Below the pieces are notes generated by a model, which did no database searches, had not been told where the DNA came from, and saw only the letters and a list, made by a program, of their open reading frames with translations. A DNA stretch of 57,929 bases, filler included, from Streblomastix strix (Eukaryota), in assembly GCA_008636045.1 (NCBI GenBank). It is 3 parts of 3 records of this genome, joined end to end, with 100 filler letters (N's around TTAATTAATTAA, not from the genome) between each part and the next. Parts side by side here need not be neighbours in the genome. Positions count along the whole stretch, not along the records: positions 38,698 to 57,929 come from SNRW01000531.1; 2 more parts are not named here. The stretch is one strand, 5' to 3'. Numbering within the stretch: position 1 is the first letter of the stretch; every line of letters starts with the position of its first letter. Of the stretch, positions 39,222-53,309 are shown piece after piece. A program made the position numbers and the translations under genes.

Positions 39222-41995
39222 TTAACATAATTCATTCTCACACTAATTGATCATAACAATCATGAAGTTGTGACTCAAACACTTAATAAGTTGAGAAATG
39301 AAATGGAAAAGATTAATCTTGAAGAAGAATGTCGGAAACCTCTTTTGCAGAAGATTGTTGATGTTGCGAATAAGAAGACCAGAAACAAAGAGTTAATTAA
39401 AATATAAACAGATTGTGCATCTGTTCTTCCATTCTTCCTTCGAATTCCAGATATTTCAGATCCAAATGATTCAATTCAACCAAATGACACAAACTTACTT
39501 CAACAGATTATTCATTAATGGATTAATATACCTGGACTTGATCTTCTAAACTCATTCTTAGAAACAATATCTGATAATGTTCCTTAAATTTATATATAAA
39601 GACAAATTTAAGTTGAAATAAAGAAAGATAGCATATAATAATAGTTCAAACTGTTATATGAAGCTGTTACCCCACTACTTGAAGAGAAACCATATACTGT
39701 TGAAGATTAGATTGATTTGATTATTAAGCGTTTGAATGTTGATGATGTTCTAAAAGTGCTTGAATCACTTGCAGCCAAAAAGAGACTTAACAAAGAAAAT
39801 GCATTACACTTCTATGATTAATTCAAAAGACATACCTATTAATTAATGAAACATTTAAGTAGAAATATGAAAGAAGAAGAATTTGGATGTGGAGTAACTT
39901 CTCTTGAAAAAGAACTTCTTTCAAGTCAGAATGCAAATATCAGGAGGATCGGATTTGAGTTATTAACAGATGATGTTTCTAATCTAACTGAGAAAGAAGT
40001 AAAAGAAAAAGAAGAAAATGGAGAAGAAGAAGAAGAAGATGATGATAATCTGTTTGATAGTTAATAAGAAGAAGATGATAATTAATCATAGGACGAAGAA
40101 AAAGATTAAAATGATGGATCTGAAATCATTTCTAAAAAACAAGAGAAGAATAAGAAAAGGAAATATTACAGATTCTGGGGTGCAGAAAGAAGAGAACTAT
40201 TGAAGAAGTGCCAAGAAGACACATCAATATTTGTTCAGGAACCAGCGATGCATTTCTCCTTTAGTGCTGATGACAACTGAGCAAAACAACAATTAGAAGG
40301 AAAATCAGTTTTGTTTTAGAGTGTTATTTTAATTATTAATAGTTCATAAATTCAAATTTTATACTTTCAATCAAATATCAAATAAAAATAATGGGCTTTT
40401 TGGATAAAATTTATTATTACTTTATTTAATTTATGCTTATTCTTTAAATCTTTACTTTATTCACAAAAAATTGAATCAAATTCACTAGTTTAAAAATTAT
40501 AATTATAATATATAATTTTATAAAATTTATTATGATTATAAAAATATTACAAAACAAATAATATAATAAAATTTGAGAAGTACAAGTACGTCGGCGAGTT
40601 CAAGCGGAAAAATTAAGCGATTTTGGGAGCGGATGAGTTTTGGCGGAGAAAGGGGGGAAGGAGGAGTTATTATGGGGTGGCAATTCGCTATTCACATTCA
40701 TGGACACACGCGCAGTCAAGACAACTGACGAAGTTACAGGCACGAAACGACGCATACTTGTTGCAGGAGACATTAAACTTGCTGGACTTGTTGCAGCTAT
40801 TCGTACCGCGCACGGATTTGCTGCTGAGGCGCCATGCTCTCTTTCGTACGTGGATGAAGATGGAGATAGAATTCAAATCACAACTGATGATGACCTTGCA
40901 GCAGCACTAGCACAGATTTAAGCAGGTGAAACTTTTCGCGTTTTTGTACGCTCAGGAGAGAATATTGGATTTGTCACTCCATTTGTACTAGCTATAAATG
41001 ATGCTTCAAGTAGAATACGAGCCATTAAAGATGCAAAGCTTCAACGGAAATAAGCCCGAAAGGTTGAGAAAGCAGAACGAAAACAAGAAAAGAAAAAAGT
41101 TGCTAAAAAGGAAAAACTGGAAAGGGAAGCAGAAAAATTGAAAGAAAAACAAAAGAAATTTGCATAGAAACGATAAAATTAAAAATAAAAGTTTCAGAAG
41201 AAGATGGAGAAGATCAATGCGAAGATGATGGAGAAAGATAATGAAAGTAGTTCATCATCTTCTGATTCATCTTCAAGTTCATCTTCAAGTTCATCTTCAA
41301 GTTCAGACAGTGATAGAATTAAGAAAGATTTTATCAATGATGGAAAACATTAAGGTCGCAGTCAAAAAGGCTAAAACAGAGCATTTTCAGGAGTACCAGT
41401 GAATTGTGCTGAATATCAAAGTTGGGGGCATAACTTAGGAAAAGCTGTTGGTGAAACTGTACAGAAGGTTGCAAGTGTGTTTTAACCTCGAAGACCTCTT
41501 GGAACTTAGGGAGTTGGATCTACTTAATAAGCTCATTCCAATCCATTTGCTGATTAGAATGTTACTCCACAGATGATTGCAGAAGATTAACGTGCATGGA
41601 ATCAAATATAAGCTCAAAAGAGAAAGAATCAAACACAATAACAACAACAATCAGCTAATAACAATTTCTTGCCTCCATATCCATTTGAATAACTTCATCC
41701 TGTTTATCATGCATAGAATCAAGTGTATCCAAATGCACCTTATGGATTTCCATTCTCATATCCATCACCTTTTATTCCTTTTTCTCTTCCATATGTTGGA
41801 TAACCAAATCCATAAACACAATAACCAATTCCATCTGTTCCTGTTCAACCAGTGACATAAACATCAGAAATACCAACATAAACAACTCAGACATCATCTG
41901 TGCCAACAAATGAAGCAGAAAATCAAGTTGATTCAAATACAGGAAGTGGAAATGAAATTAGTAAGAGCACTGATTAGATTTGAGTTCAAATTCGA
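39218..41995 (+). repeat. Segmental direct duplication of about 50188-52965 (offset 10970)
   Basis: Near-identical ~2.8 kb carrying the 3' fragment of the helical protein gene and a whole PB1 gene; more divergent after about 41885. Confidence 0.95.
40700..41983 (+). CDS. PB1-domain protein (427 aa) with coiled-coil, S-rich and P/Y-rich tail
   Basis: MDTRAVK...LSYVDEDGDRIQITTDDDL shows the basic Lys and OPCA motif; open with TAR=Gln to TGA at 41981-41983. Confidence 0.85.
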
Positions 41996-42340
41996 TGCTT
42001 AGTTTGAATATTTATTTTTTGTGATAGTTATGAAACTGTTATTTGTAAATGTTATTTTAATATTTCATAAATGATCTATCTATAAAATGATTAAATAAAT
42101 AATTGAAAGATTAATAATTGATGTGATAAATTTTTATGAAAATAATACATTTAAATTGCAAAAATTAATTAATTAATTATTTTTAATAATCAAAATGAAA
42201 GTTTGACCTTCAATTGGATATCCAACATAAGTACATTAGAAAACAAAATGTCATATTATATTACTATTTTATTAATAATGAAATACTCTTTAAAATAAAT
42301 ATAAATAAAAAATTAAACATATTGATAATAAAAATCACTC

Positions 42341-44111
42341 TCACCATTCATCTTGATCATACAATTATTCTTGAATAGAATTTATTAACTAACTTTTGGT
42401 ATTGAATGCTTATTTTTTGAAATATTCATCATTTGAAAATCCTTTATTTGTCAATTGTGCTTCAATCTCGTCAATTCCTCCTTCTTCTATTTGCTCTTAT
42501 CCAGTTTTGTTTAATTAGATTTATAGTTCGATTGAAAAATAAATCTAATTATTAATAATTGTTGAAATATAATTTTGAATTCCTTAGAAAGCATTAATCG
42601 AATATTTATTATTCTAGTTAAATATATTTCCTTACAGCCCTAATCAAGCCAACTTATCGTTTTAATATTAATAAAAATTAATTATAATCTACTTTTTATT
42701 TCATACTTTCATCTGTTTATCTATTTTAATTCTTATTATATTTCAATGTTTCTTTAATGTTTTTATTTAATATTTTGATGCATAAATCGAATATTTCTGT
42801 ATTTATATTTTGGTTATATGAAATTTTTATTTAAATTCGAACTAATTATTCAGTAATATCAGAATACGATTAAAATAACTAATTATTTTCATTCTATTCT
42901 TTTTCTTTGATCAATATTTCTTATTTGATCAGAAAACAAGATTTTGTCATTTTCTAGAAAAATTAATTTCTCTTGGAATTATAATAATAATCTTCATCAT
43001 ATTCATAATTTCTATTTATAATTGAATATTTATTTCTATATTCAGCAATAGATTCAAGAATATCCAATAAAATCTTCTCGTATGAAGTGTTGTAGTTTTC
43101 AATTCTCTTATTAATGATAAGTAATGTAAATCTATCAAATATCTCAATTATTTCATCAACATCTTTCTTTTTCAATTATTCTAATAATGAAATGGCTTTT
43201 GTTTATTTTATATTCATTCAATATTAATAAGCTACATCCAAATATACTTATATTACTCTTATCAAGAAATTTTGTATATGTTAATATCATTTATTCATCA
43301 ATATATTATTCATTCATTGATTTCATATATATTTACATCAGAAGTTCCATTGTATCTGAATAGTGTTGATTTTCATTCTCTTCTGATTCAACATTTTATT
43401 TGATTAAATATTAAATCTTTTATAAATGTTCAGTTTGATTTATTATTGAATTGTGATTATCATATACTTTTGGAAAATATTCAATTTGGTTAGAAATTAA
43501 TTTAATAATTTAAAGAATCAAATTCTCATCTTTTATTGTTAAGTTCTTCAAATGATTCAGGATATATTTGGGTATTTCTTTGTAAAATATTTGAATTATA
43601 CAACTTCTTTTCACATCTATCAGTCCTTCTAATAAAGATTATAATTGTTATATCATTTCTAATTCAGATAATGTATTTGAAGAAATAGTACTTATGATTT
43701 CTTCTTAAATCTTATTCTATTCTTATTCAGTGAATCTCCGCTTATCATCTGACTTTATTGGTTGATAATCAATATTCCAATTTTCATAATATTCCCAATT
43801 CATGTCTTCTGGGAATTAAACTCAAGTTTCTCTTCCATCAATTTCATACTTATCAAATTATTGCTGTGCTTTATATGCAGTTTCAAAGTATTTTATCCAA
43901 ACAGATCCAAATCCACGAGATCTTTCATTTAGAATTTTAATTGTTGCATATTCACTTATAAAATAAATATGAAAATTAAATTTATAAAAGATTCTTAGTA
44001 TAATTTAATTCAATATTCAACATACATCTCTCCAATAGTTTCAAATAATATCCCATTTGTTTCAGCTGATGTATTTCAATTCAAATTCCAAGCAAATAAT
44101 AAAAATGTCAT
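42341..44111 (-). pseudogene. RRM + ARM-like helical protein with in-frame TGA codons in the RRM
   Basis: LFAWNLN*NTS...LFETIGEIEYA...RSRGFGSV...YEIDGRET*V (RNP2/RNP1). C-terminus EEGGIDEIEAQL...DEW-TGA. Confidence 0.6.
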
Positions 44112-44735
44112 TATTTTGCAGTTTAAAGAAAATAACAAAAAAAAGTATATTTTTATATAAAATAAAATAAAATTAAATTCATGATTACATTGAAAGTTGC
44201 AATGGTATTAAGGAAAATGAGAAAATAGTATGATATAAAGCAAGAAATAGATTTTTCAATAAAAATTAATGTTTTAGTCAAAATTGAAATAGTTTTATAA
44301 TATAGCTCGCAATTCAATTAATAGATAAAGTTCTAAATATAAGATATGGATGAAAATTGAAAATTCCACCTAAGCACTGAGTAATAAGGCTTTTTAAACA
44401 AATAAAAAATTTTATTTCTTTTTATTTTCAATCAATTATGTAATATATTATTATAAATTTTAATATATATATTTTTATTAAATAATCAAAGTAAAAAATA
44501 TTATAATTCACAAATTAAATACCAATTTTTATAATTCAATGAATGGAATTAATTTAATTTAATATTTTGAATTAGAAAAATGTAATGAATGAAATTATTA
44601 AATCAAAACAGATAATAACAAGTACGTCGGCGAGTTTGAGCGGAATAAATAAGCGATTTTGGGTGCGGATGAGTTTTGGCGGAGAAAGGGGGGAAGGAGG
44701 AGCTATTATGGGGTGGCAATTCGCTATTCACATTC

Positions 44736-45614
44736 ATGGACACACGTGCAGTCAAGACAACTGACGAAGTTACAGGCACGAAACGACGCATACTTGTTGC
44801 AGGAGACATTAAACTTGCTGGACTTGTTGCAGCTATCCGTACCGCGCACGGATTTGCTGCTGAGGCGCCATGCTCTCTTTCGTACGTGGATGAAGATGAT
44901 GACAGAATTCAAATCACTACCGATGATGATCTTGCAGCGGCATTTGCATCTGTTGAGGCAGGTGAAACTTTTCGCGTTTTTGTGCGCTCAGGAGAGAATA
45001 TTGACGACAATTCTTCTGCTGAATAAGCTATCCACGATGAGTCAAATGAAAAAGAAGTCTTCAAAGGTATACCTCAAAAGAATCAAAATCAAAAGATGCA
45101 CAAGAAAGAACACAAACATCAGAATAAAAAAGCAGCCAAAGATTGTCAGTACTATAATCCATGTTAATTTGAGTGGAACAATCCTAATTATCACGAATAG
45201 ATGCCACCATATCAACAAGATTAAGGATATTCGGAAGATGGTTAAGAAGAATATGAAGACACTAGTTTTCCTGGAAGAGATTTTGGATTCGGTAATCCTC
45301 CCAGAGATTTTGGACTTGGATTTGGATTTGGATTCCAATAAAGACCATTTGGATTTGGATTCCAATAAAGGCCATTTGGATTTGGTTGTCCAAGAAGACC
45401 ATTTGGATTTGGTTGTCCAAGAAGACCATTTGGATTTGGTTGTCCAAGAAGACCATTTGGATTTGGTTGTCCAAGAAGACCATTTGGATTTGGTTGTCCA
45501 AGAAGACCATTTGGATTTGGATTCCAATAAAGACCTTTTGGATTCGGGTATCCTCAAAGATCATTTGACTTCAGATTTCCGCATCAAGATCCACGTTAGA
45601 GCTGGGGATGTTGA
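44736..45614 (+). CDS. PB1-domain paralog with FG-rich repeat tail
   Basis: Same PB1 N-terminus (DEDDD variant) then unrelated sequence; FGFGCPRRP and FGFGFQQRP repeats; TGA at 45612-45614. Confidence 0.75.
45320..45545 (+). repeat. 27-bp coding tandem repeat (TTTGGATTTGGTTGTCCAAGAAGACCA)
   Basis: 5 CPRRP-type units plus about 3 FQQRP-type variants. Confidence 0.9.
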
Positions 45615-46018
45615 AATATAGTAACAGACTCTTAGAGAGTAACAAAGAGGTAAGTAAATGAGTAGATGATATTAGCAGCACATATCTTTTACTTATTTTC
45701 ATTTAATATGTGCTAGTGAATAATATTTTTATCATAAACACCTTAAATTAATAAATAATATATTATTATAATCCAATTACTGGTGTTCTGAATAGCAGTT
45801 GAAATTATACAATAGATGAAAATTCAGAAAATATCAGTTTTTAATTAATTTTTGTATTACTTGATAATGAGTTTAATAAATTGTCATATAAATCGTAATT
45901 AATATTGTCTTATCAATTTAACATAAAATTTTATTGAATTACTTATTATTTCTATTTTTGAAAACGAAATGCGATTTATTCAGCCTGATTTCTTGCTTCG
46001 GATCTCTCTAATTGAATC

Positions 46019-49000
46019 ATGATTGACTAGCGATGCTCATCTGAAGCCATTATAATTTCATCAGAAACATCAGCTGAATAAACATTGGCTTAATTATACG
46101 AGCGTGGAGGTCGCAAAACGCTGATTCAAGGCGCAATAGCTTTAGGGCAGATTGCCCGCTTCGGGAAGCATAAAAATGTAGGCATCACATTGGAATGCAC
46201 ATAATAACGCGCATAGCAAATACTTCAAGAGATGGATATGGAAACTGCGTCTGATTTCTCACTAAACGAGTTTGCACTTTTGTCCTGCTTTGGAAGCAAA
46301 AACCTTGATTCAGTTGTTAAATTCCTCAATAGCAAGTCGCGCACAATTTAAGCACAAGCAATCTAGATGATTCCACAAATGTTTCGATATGAAACTGAAG
46401 AGAAAAGTTCTCTCGAAACACAAATTGCGAAATATCTTGAAATCATAAAGATTTGTCCACCCAAATTGCGCATTGATCTTATTAAATGTCTTGGTAAAGA
46501 AGATGGGAAAGGAAAGAATAAATCTATTCATAAAGAGAGTAGTGGATTATCAATTGTCCAGCGTGCTATAGATTAATATATCTAATCCCTCTCTGCAGAT
46601 GATCTAGTATCTAATGTATCATTGTTTCTATTTGCATCAGAAAGCTTATTAGAGAGTTAATTGGCAGAATCATTCATTGAACATGCTTAAATCAAGCATT
46701 GGATTAGTTTAGTTAAGTGCCATTGGAGTACAGCCATCTTCTTCCTGAATTTCTGGGCTGACAAAATGATTGAATAAAATAAGAAGAATAAAATGAAATA
46801 ATTGAATGTAGATTAAGGTTAAGGTTAAGATGAAGATGATTACGAGATTGAAAGATACTTTGTTAGATCTACGGTTAGAAAGGGGAATAAGAAGAAAAGA
46901 TTACTTAATCTCATTTAAGTTATAATTAAGATCAAATCTCCATTATTACTGATTAAAACTCTTTCATAAATATTCCCAATAATTCTTCAATCTTCTCCAT
47001 AAGATCAAATTAAAGAACAAAAATAAGATAAGAAGAATAGTAAGAATGAAAATAATAAACATTCAGAAACAGTTATTTCAGTTGTGAAGAAAGTATTGAA
47101 AGCAACACAATGGACTAATACTATATCATTTTAATATATCTCAGCTTATCCATCTGAATTAGCAGATTATTTCATATATCTTGTTCAGAGCTCACGTGAT
47201 AAGATTAAACACGAAAGAGAAAAATAGAAAGAAAAAGAAAAGATGATGAAAAATGCGAAAGAAAATGAAAAAGATTAAAAATAAATTGAATCAAAATCAA
47301 AAGTATAAGAATAAGAATAAGAATATGACGATGATCATTTAGAAGAAGGATAATATCTTTATGCATCATTTAATGACGTTGCCAATAAGCTTAATGTTAA
47401 TCAGATAACCACGATGCTCAAACTTCAAAGGGACAAAGAATATAAATATGGAATCACTGTATCATTTCTTGAATTAGATGGAAGTTGGATAAAGAAATTA
47501 ACATCAGAAAAGAAATCTATTATTTTGAAAGAGATTATTTAATAGAAAAGAGATAAAAGAGGATTGCTAGATTAATCAGTGATTAGTATTTTTGATTTCA
47601 AAGAGAGATCAGAAGAAGCTTAGAAATGGATAAATTAGATTATTTCTGATTATGAGAAATAGTAGAAGAAGAAATTAATAAAGAAAGAAGACGATGAAGA
47701 AGATGATGAATAAGAAAAATAAAAGGAAGAAAAAGAAGAAATAAAAGAAGTGAAATAATCTTTAATTCCAACAACTTCTGAACCACCAGTTGTGAAAGAG
47801 ATTATTAATAATGAATTAGAACAGAAGAAACTTCCATTTGCTGTATATCTACCATGGCATGATTTCTATTCAATTGCCAAACATCTTATCAACAACAATG
47901 ATATCAATATCAGATCAAATGTTGTTCAACATCTGATATAATACATATAAATAAATGAGAGTTATATCAGCCTATGCAAAGTGATGAATATCATGTTGTA
48001 GAAGAAGAAGGAATAAAATCAATTTCGTATTTAATACTTGAATAGCATCAATTAACTTTCAAAGAGAATATTCATTGAGAAAAAGAACAGAAATAAAGAT
48101 AAATATAAATAAAAAGAGAAAGATTCAGAATAATAAAATAAAGAATCAGAAATAATTCAGATTAAAGATAATTAACAAACAAATAAAGTTTATAGATCAT
48201 TCATTGATATGATGAGTGAATATATCAGATAAGCACTTGATGATTCATCAACAGATTCTGATTGTCTGAATTCTATACTTACATTCATTATCAAGATGCT
48301 TCCTTTGAATCCAAAATGGGGAATTGATGAGCTGAATCTGATAATTGATGAGCGCGGAGTTGAAAATCTGACTCAAGGACTGTTTTAGAATAAGAAAAAG
48401 ATTGATATTCTTCCTAATGCATTAAAAAAGGAGTTGTATTAAATATTCAAACCAACATTAATGTAGTTATTCATTGAACATTCAGAGTTCGGATAATTTG
48501 AGACATTCAAATAATGGTAAGTTCTTTTGAGTATCTTTGTTGGAGTATCTGATATTAAAGATGAATTGATTATCAAATTGAATGAAACATTAGAAAAAGC
48601 TAAACAAGCACGAGTTGCATATTTGTCAATGAAGTTATTGAGATAGAATGATAAACAAGAAAAGAAGAAATCAAAGAAATAAACTCATAAGAAAGAATAA
48701 TAATAATAATAATAATAAACATAATCTTCAATTGAGAATAAGAATATTCCTTTCACATATCATTTCCCATCTCTTATTCAAAAGAATTGGGGATTAGTAT
48801 CACTTCCAGATGTTATGACATTCCTTATTAAAAGAAAGAATGATATCTTAACTCCATTATTTTAATTAGGAAGTCCAGAATAGAAATAATTAATTGAATG
48901 GACAAAAAAAGCAGGAGATTATTTAGTAGAGATAAATGAAGGAAATCTGAAGAAGACTAAATTTAGAAGAAGAGGAGTTGCTAGATTAAAGAATAGAAAC

Positions 49001-51250
49001 AAATCACAATGGAAGAAAGATCAAGAGAAGAATATGTTATTGGAAGGTACTGGAGCTGGATTGATTCAACTTCCATTCAAATTCGTGTAAGGATCAAAAG
49101 CATAATAACTTCTTTATGCGAAATCATTGATGTAGATAATTGGTACAAGTGAAAATGAAGTGAAAGAAGATGATGATGAAGAAGAAGAAGAAGTTGAAAA
49201 GAAAGTTGAATCATAACAAAGCAAAGATTATAAAGAACCAAGTAAGAGCGTGAAATAAATTACAATGCTCTAATTAGCGGCATATGTGAAACGTTTCATT
49301 CGTCTTCCAGCAGTTCCTGCATAATTTATAATCAAACTAGCACTGGAAGACAAACGTGCGATTGTTTATAAAGCTGCATTACAATCTTTAACTCGAATTG
49401 ACACACAAGAAGGACTTCCAACAATAACTCATTGCCTTCTGAATGATGATAATAAATGCAGGATTTGTATTCGTTCAGTCAAATTGATGATCAGTGAAAT
49501 GGCTCCAATTGATGCATTGTAATTCATACACTAGATTCCAAGTAAGAGAGTAACTGTAGTTAAAGAAAAAGTGAGATTGATTATGAGCATCAAAAATAAT
49601 GATCAAGCTGTAATTAATGAACTGTTTGCAATTGTTAGAACATAAGATGAAGTTAAAAATGAAAATATTATGACTGAAAAAGATAAAGAAAATTAAGAAG
49701 AATAAAAGATTAATTCAATTAAAGATAATAAACAACCTCAGTAAAAGAAATGGATAGTGCATAGAGATTCGTGGATTGCTGTCGTTGATGCATTATGTAA
49801 GAGATTTGCATAGTTGAGTGAAACTTGGGATTTTCTTGAGAGTTAAGCGAATTCAGATGTAGAAGAGATTGCATTGTCTTGTTTACCAGATCGAAAGATT
49901 CTTAATAGTTTCATGGATAAGAGAATATTTAATAGTATTGATGAACTTCATGAGTTTAAAGAAAAATAGAAAAATTAATGGAAATAACAAAATAAAGATA
50001 AAGAAAAAGATAAAAATATTTCAGATAATTCATTAGAAGGAGAAACAATATCTGATCGAGTGAAGAAGATTCTCATTATCCACTTTTCTCATCCAAATCC
50101 CAAAGTTTAATCTCGAGCATTAGAAGCATTCAGATCAATTCCTCTTGAGAAGTTTGGAATCTCCGTTAAATGTAAAGAAGATCATTAATCATTAACATAA
50201 TTCATTCTCACACTAATTGATCATAACAATCATGAAGTTGTGACTCAAACACTTAATAAGTTGAGAAATGAAATGGAAAAGATTAATCTTGAAGAAGAAT
50301 GTAGGAAACCTCTTTTGCAGAAGATTGTTGATGTTGCGAATAAAAAGACCAGAAACAAAGAGTTAATTAAAATATAAACAGATTGTGCATCTGTTCTTCC
50401 ATTCTTCCTTCGAATTCCAGATATTTCAGATCCAAATGATTCAATTCAACCAAATGACACAAACTTACTTCAACAGATTATTCATTAATGGATTAATATA
50501 CCTGGACTTGATCTTCTAAACTCATTCTTAGAAACAATATCTGATAATGTTCCTTAAATTTATATATAAAGACAAATTTAAGTTGAAATAAAGAAAGATA
50601 GCATATAATAATAGTTCAAACTGTTATATGAAGCTGTTACCCCACTACTTGAAGAGAAACCATATACTGTTGAAGATTAGATTGATTTGATTATTAAGCG
50701 TTTGAATGTTGATGATGTTCTAAAAGTGCTTGAATCACTTGCAGCCAAAAAGAGACTTAACAAAGAAAATGCATTACACTTCTATGATTAATTCAAAAGA
50801 CATACCTATTAATTAATGAAACATTTAAGTAGAAATATGAAAGAAGAAGAATTTGGATGTGGAGTAACTTCTCTTGAAAAAGAACTTCTTTCAAGTCAGA
50901 ATGCAAATATCAGGAGGATCGGATTTGAGTTATTAACAGATGATGTTTCTAATCTAACTGAGAAAGAAGTAAAAGAAAAAGAAGAAAATGGAGAAGAAGA
51001 AGAAGAAGATGATGATAATCTGTTTGATAGTTAATAAGAAGAAGATGATAATTAATCATAGGACGAAGAAAAAGATTAAAATGATGGATCTGAAATCATT
51101 TCTAAAAAACAAGAGAAGAATAAGAAAAGGAAATATTACAGATTCTGGGGTGCAGAAAGAAGAGAACTATTGAAGAAGTGCCAAGAAGACACATCAATAT
51201 TTGTTCAGGAACCAGCGATGCATTTCTCCTTTAGTGCTGATGACAACTGA
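46019..51250 (+). CDS. Large intronless alpha-helical (HEAT/ARM-like) hypothetical protein, ~1740 aa
   Basis: ATG 46019 and TGA 51248-51250 are in the same frame, which also holds ORF-track pieces 46367 and 50816; helical segments alternate with E/K/Q insertions. Confidence 0.75.
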
Positions 51251-51669
51251 GCAAAACAACAATTAGAAGGAAAATCAGTTTTGTTTTAGAGTGTTATTTT
51301 AATTATTAATAGTTCATAAATTCAAATTTTATACTTTCAATCAAATATCAAATAAAAATAATGGGCTTTTTGGATAAAATTTATTATTACTTTATTTAAT
51401 TTATGCTTATTCTTTAAATCTTTACTTTATTCACAAAAAATTGAATCAAATTCACTAGTTTAAAAATTATAATTATAATATATAATTTTATAAAATTTAT
51501 TATGATTATAAAAATATTACAAAACAAATAATATAATAAAATTTGAGAAGTACAAGTACGTCGGCGAGTTCAAGCGGAAAAATTAAGCGATTTTGGGAGC
51601 GGATGAGTTTTGGCGGAGAAAGGGGGGAAGGAGGAGTTATTATGGGGTGGCAATTCGCTATTCACATTC

Positions 51670-52953
51670 ATGGACACACGCGCAGTCAAGACAACTGACG
51701 AAGTTACAGGCACGAAACGACGCATACTTGTTGCAGGAGACATTAAACTTGCTGGACTTGTTGCAGCTATTCGTACCGCGCACGGATTTGCTGCTGAGGC
51801 GCCATGCTCTCTTTCGTACGTGGATGAAGATGGAGATAGAATTCAAATCACAACTGATGATGACCTTGCAGCAGCACTAGCACAGATTTAAGCAGGTGAA
51901 ACTTTTCGCGTTTTTGTACGCTCAGGAGAGAATATTGGATTTGTCACTCCATTTGTACTAGCTATAAATGATGCTTCAAGTAGAATACGAGCCATTAAAG
52001 ATGCAAAGCTTCAACGGAAATAAGCCCGAAAGGTTGAGAAAGCAGAACGAAAACAAGAAAAGAAAAAAGTTGCTAAAAAGGAAAAACTGGAAAGGGAAGC
52101 AGAAAAATTGAAAGAAAAACAAAAGAAATTTGCATAGAAACGATAAAATTAAAAATAAAAGTTTCAGAAGAAGATGGAGAAGATCAATGCGAAGATGATG
52201 GAGAAAGATAATGAAAGTAGTTCATCATCTTCTGATTCATCTTCAAGTTCATCTTCAAGTTCATCTTCAAGTTCAGACAGTGATAGAATTAAGAAAGATT
52301 TTATCAATGATGGAAAACATTAAGGTCGCAGTCAAAAAGGCTAAAACAGAGCATTTTCAGGAGTACCAGTGAATTGTGCTGAATATCAAAGTTGGGGGCA
52401 TAACTTAGGAAAAGCTGTTGGTGAAACTGTACAGAAGGTTGCAAGTGTGTTTTAACCTCGAAGACCTCTTGGAACTTAGGGAGTTGGATCTACTTAATAA
52501 GCTCATTCCAATCCATTTGCTGATTAGAATGTTACTCCACAGATGATTGCAGAAGATTAACGTGCATGGAATCAAATATAAGCTCAAAAGAGAAAGAATC
52601 AAACACAATAACAACAACAATCAGCTAATAACAATTTCTTGCCTCCATATCCATTTGAATAACTTCATCCTGTTTATCATGCATAGAATCAAGTGTATCC
52701 AAATGCACCTTATGGATTTCCATTCTCATATCCATCACCTTTTATTCCTTTTTCTCTTCCATATGTTGGATAACCAAATCCATAAACACAATAACCAATT
52801 CCATCTGTTCCTGTTCAACCAGTGACATAAACATCAGAAATACCAACATAAACATATCAAACATCATCTGTGCCAACAAATGAAGCTGAGAATTAAGTTG
52901 ATACAAATACAGGAAGTGGAAATGAAATTAGTAAGAGCACTGATTAGATTTGA
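51670..52953 (+). CDS. PB1-domain protein, second copy of 40700-41983
   Basis: Near-identical duplicate. Confidence 0.85.
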
Positions 52954-53309
52954 GTTCAAATTCGCGATTTAACCTCAATTTTTTATTAGGAAAACTGACA
53001 TATTTTTTGTGATAACCATTGAAATAGTTATTTTATCATTCCTTAAATGATTTATCAATAAAACAGAAAAAAAAGGATAAATTATTTAATATTTTTTTAT
53101 TAATTTATTAAAATTGTAATTAATTAATATTATCAAATATTTATTAGCTTGATCTTTCCTGTAATGTGTTATATTATTGAGTTATTAACATGTGGTAAAT
53201 TTCAGCTACAAGGTTAGAACTGATGTCCATCACTTTTAGTCTTCTTAAATAGAATACTGTTAGAGAGAGTATATAATAAAGGTGTGAATATATACAATCC
53301 TTCTTTCTT

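Noticed and set aside
45320..45545. 27-bp repeats as a CRISPR array
   Set aside because: Head-to-tail with no spacers, in-frame coding, eukaryotic context, no cas genes.
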